Positions 61,801 to 64,000 of a stretch of DNA of 64,000 nt are shown here, piece after piece (the stretch's first letter is position 1; each line of letters starts with the position of its first letter). Source of the DNA: Haplodiscus bocki (taxonomy: Eukaryota); assembly GCA_965655095.1 (NCBI GenBank), contig OZ296651.1, positions 3,844,001 to 3,908,000 of the forward strand, read 5' to 3'. The translations under genes were made by a program, and so were the position numbers. Under the pieces are notes generated by a model. The model had not been told where the DNA came from. It searched no databases and was given only the letters and a program-made list of their open reading frames with translations.

Positions 61801-64000
61801 ACGAAATATTGATCCCTGTGGAACACTGCATACAATAGCAACCAAAAACGAAAATTCAACCTAAGAGTTTACACGATGGTACCAGCTGGGATTTTCTTAG
61901 CCGAACCAGTCAAATAAAACAATTCTAATGCTTTACTGTGTTAATTACATCAGTATTGGTTCGTAGTCTAGCCAGTTGAATGCTTCTCTAAAGTCAAGAA
62001 GAAAGCAAAAACCAACCGTATTTCTTGCAAATCTTAATTTTCCAGTTCTATCCACAAGAACATCAGTGGTTGAAGCATTAGTTGGGAAACCGAACTGCTT
62101 AATCTATAAAAATTTTCATCTATACAGGACACTATGAATGATTTTTATATACAACTCCCAAAGTTTTCACTTGAAGACGAAACAACAGAGCAATGGCTAT
62201 CACTTTTTGCCTATGGTTTTGATCAAGTTTTTTGTATGGGTGTTATCGTAGTGGCTTTAGAGCAATAAAGAAAAACGACACCAGGAAACGAAAGTTCTAA
62301 TTTCAACCTAGAAAAATTGAGCTGAAATGTTCGCAAAAGCTCTCAAAGCTTTGATTGACAATCCATCAATGTCATTTGCGTTTCCACTGTCAAAGTTTTT
62401 TTCGGGCTGGAAAGTTCTACAGCAATGAAATGATGAATTATGCAAGAAAACTGATATTCTCTTAGTTGGAATTGTTGCAGTAAACTCAACAAGAGGCATG
62501 GATTTAACAGCTTTTTGTATTCCAACACCTATGGAAGAAAAAGTTCTATGAGAATTTTCATCACAGTCTTTTTTTCTTTTTTAATTTCGAAACCTGAAAC
62601 TTTTATCAATTCTGTATCAGCAGTTGATGGTTCCCTTCCACTCAGTTTTGACTGAGACTAAAACGTTTGAAAATTAATTGTTTGTTTCTCATGAAGTTTA
62701 TCAACTTGATAGAAAAGGGCAACTTCTTTTAAATCGGGATAAAATATTCACTTTTCCTTCTCAAATGTTTGTTGTCAACCAAATTAAGCTCGTTTAGAGA
62801 AAGGAAAACTCAACGATAAAGTCTCCATCGACTTTTGAGTAGGTTTTTGACAAAACAATGAAACCATGGATTGTTTTTCGGTTTGTTCTTCACTTTAGAA
62901 AGTTTTGCGAACTCATGAAATACTTGTTGGAGTATATTAACTTAATGACTGACATCGTCGTTAAGGCAAGCACTCGGAAAAAATAACGTAACTTGAAGAT
63001 CGGAACAGTTTCAAAACAAAAAGTTTTCAGCATGCCGTAGGTTAATATCAGTGAGTTCCAAAATCAGAAATTAAAAAAATTATTAGACTCGTACGTTGGC
63101 TTAGTATCGTCTTTAGAAACGTTAAGTGTGATGTATCGACAATAGTACTGCAGACCGTAAGCGTATTAAAGAAACAACAGGGAACGAAGTTTTGATACCT
63201 GTGGAACACTACATTCAATAGCACCCCAACAAGAGAAAGCATAATCAAATATTAAACCACGACAACAGCTGGAAAAATTTCAACGGAACTAAACAGCGGC
63301 AGCAATTCTAATGCCGTTTTGCGTTAAACTCATCAGTAGTTGTTCCTATTCTTTCATATCGAAAGCTTTCCTAATGTCAAAAAAAACCAACCCTTTTGTT
63401 TTCAAATTATAGTTTTTCAGTTCTCTCAACAAGAGCATCGGTGGTCCATTTTTTGTCTGAAACGCTAACTGCTTGCTTAATCTACAATTTTCTTGACCTA
63501 TTTAGGAAACTTTGAATGCGGTTATAGATTGGTCTATCAATTTACCCACCTAAAGATGAAACAACAAAGCTAGGCTTATATGTTTCTGCCTCTAGTTTCG
63601 ATCCAACTTTAACTTTTAACGCAGTTTGGAAATCAAACAATAATGATTAACCAACAAAGTTTGAGACGAAACTTGCGCTAAAGATTTCAAATGTTCAATT
63701 GAAAATTCATCAATGCCATTTGACTTTCCACTGTCAAGCTCCTTTATTGGACGAGAAAATTCTACAGCAGTGCAATCATGCAAGCAAACTGGTCTCTCTT
63801 GTTTTTTATGTTCACAGTAAACGTTCATGAGGCAAATATTTAAGAGAATTCAGAGTTTCGAATTTCAGCAACTGTAAAAGAAAAAGTTCTATTGAAAAAA
63901 TCAGCACAGTTTTCTTCATTTTCAGTATGTAAAACAGAGATGTTTGTCAATTTCCAATTAGCAGTTGATGGTTTTCGTCCACTCAGTAATGAAGGATAAA
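31858..64000 (-). repeat. Macrosatellite of ~23 head-to-tail ~1.35-1.39-kb monomers derived from the RT region of a non-LTR retrotransposon (CR1/L2/Jockey-like ORF2); all degenerate
   Basis: Landmark GACATC(G/A)TCGTT at ~32267, 33641, 35014, 36391, 37955, 39320, 40706, 42090, 43445, 44818, 46197, 47545, 48922, 50278, 51826, 53180, 54560, 55911, 57476, 58831, 60211, 61567, 62947. Minus-strand remnants: KLDSGKANGID, YRP.SV, QFGF, LD..KAFD, VPQGS.LGPLLF..Y..DL, F(A/V)DDTKL, LGLI. The first ~380 bp are inverted. Confidence 0.93.

Noticed and set aside
34540-63828. Numerous 60-110 aa ORFs in the satellite, and antisense ORFs over the Polinton genes
   Set aside because: They are off-frame or antisense by-products of the decayed RT or viral genes and recur only because the DNA is repeated.
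31858-64000. Functional multi-RT gene cluster, retron, DGR or telomeric retrotransposon array
   Set aside because: Every monomer has many stops and frameshifts, the catalytic motif is often altered (FADG, SQDD), and no ncRNA, ORF1, 3' UTR or poly(A) joins were seen.

Overview
AT-rich eukaryotic (probably animal) repeat-rich DNA with no host genes. 1-15955 is the central and right part of a decayed Polinton/Maverick (adintovirus-like endogenous virus). It carries a minus-strand protein-primed PolB with N-terminal zinc fingers and a Vsr-like insertion, a ~6.5-kb accessory block, and then packaging ATPase, rve integrase, minor capsid, pVII-like core protein, major capsid, truncated adenain protease and a terminal region ending in ...CTACT. 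The accessory block holds an EGFR-ligand/neuregulin-like secreted EGF gene beside an acidic KEN-box/RxLF protein, two paralogous Cys-rich genes, three putative PC4-like genes, a DEDD exonuclease and a small 2-TM gene. An ~8-kb segment (mid-ATPase through the element end plus ~2.7 kb of flank) is tandemly triplicated (10653-18690, 18691-26624, 26625-34593) via a CTCC microhomology junction. The element sits in a macrosatellite that fills ~31.9-64 kb. It comprises ~23 head-to-tail ~1.35-1.39-kb monomers, each a degenerate copy of only the linker plus reverse-transcriptase core of a LINE ORF2, all on the minus strand, evolving into a dimeric higher-order repeat. Nearly all genes are pseudogenised. 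Best novelty candidates: the virokine/cell-cycle cassette in the Polinton and the RT-core satellite. All alignments and coordinates were read by eye.
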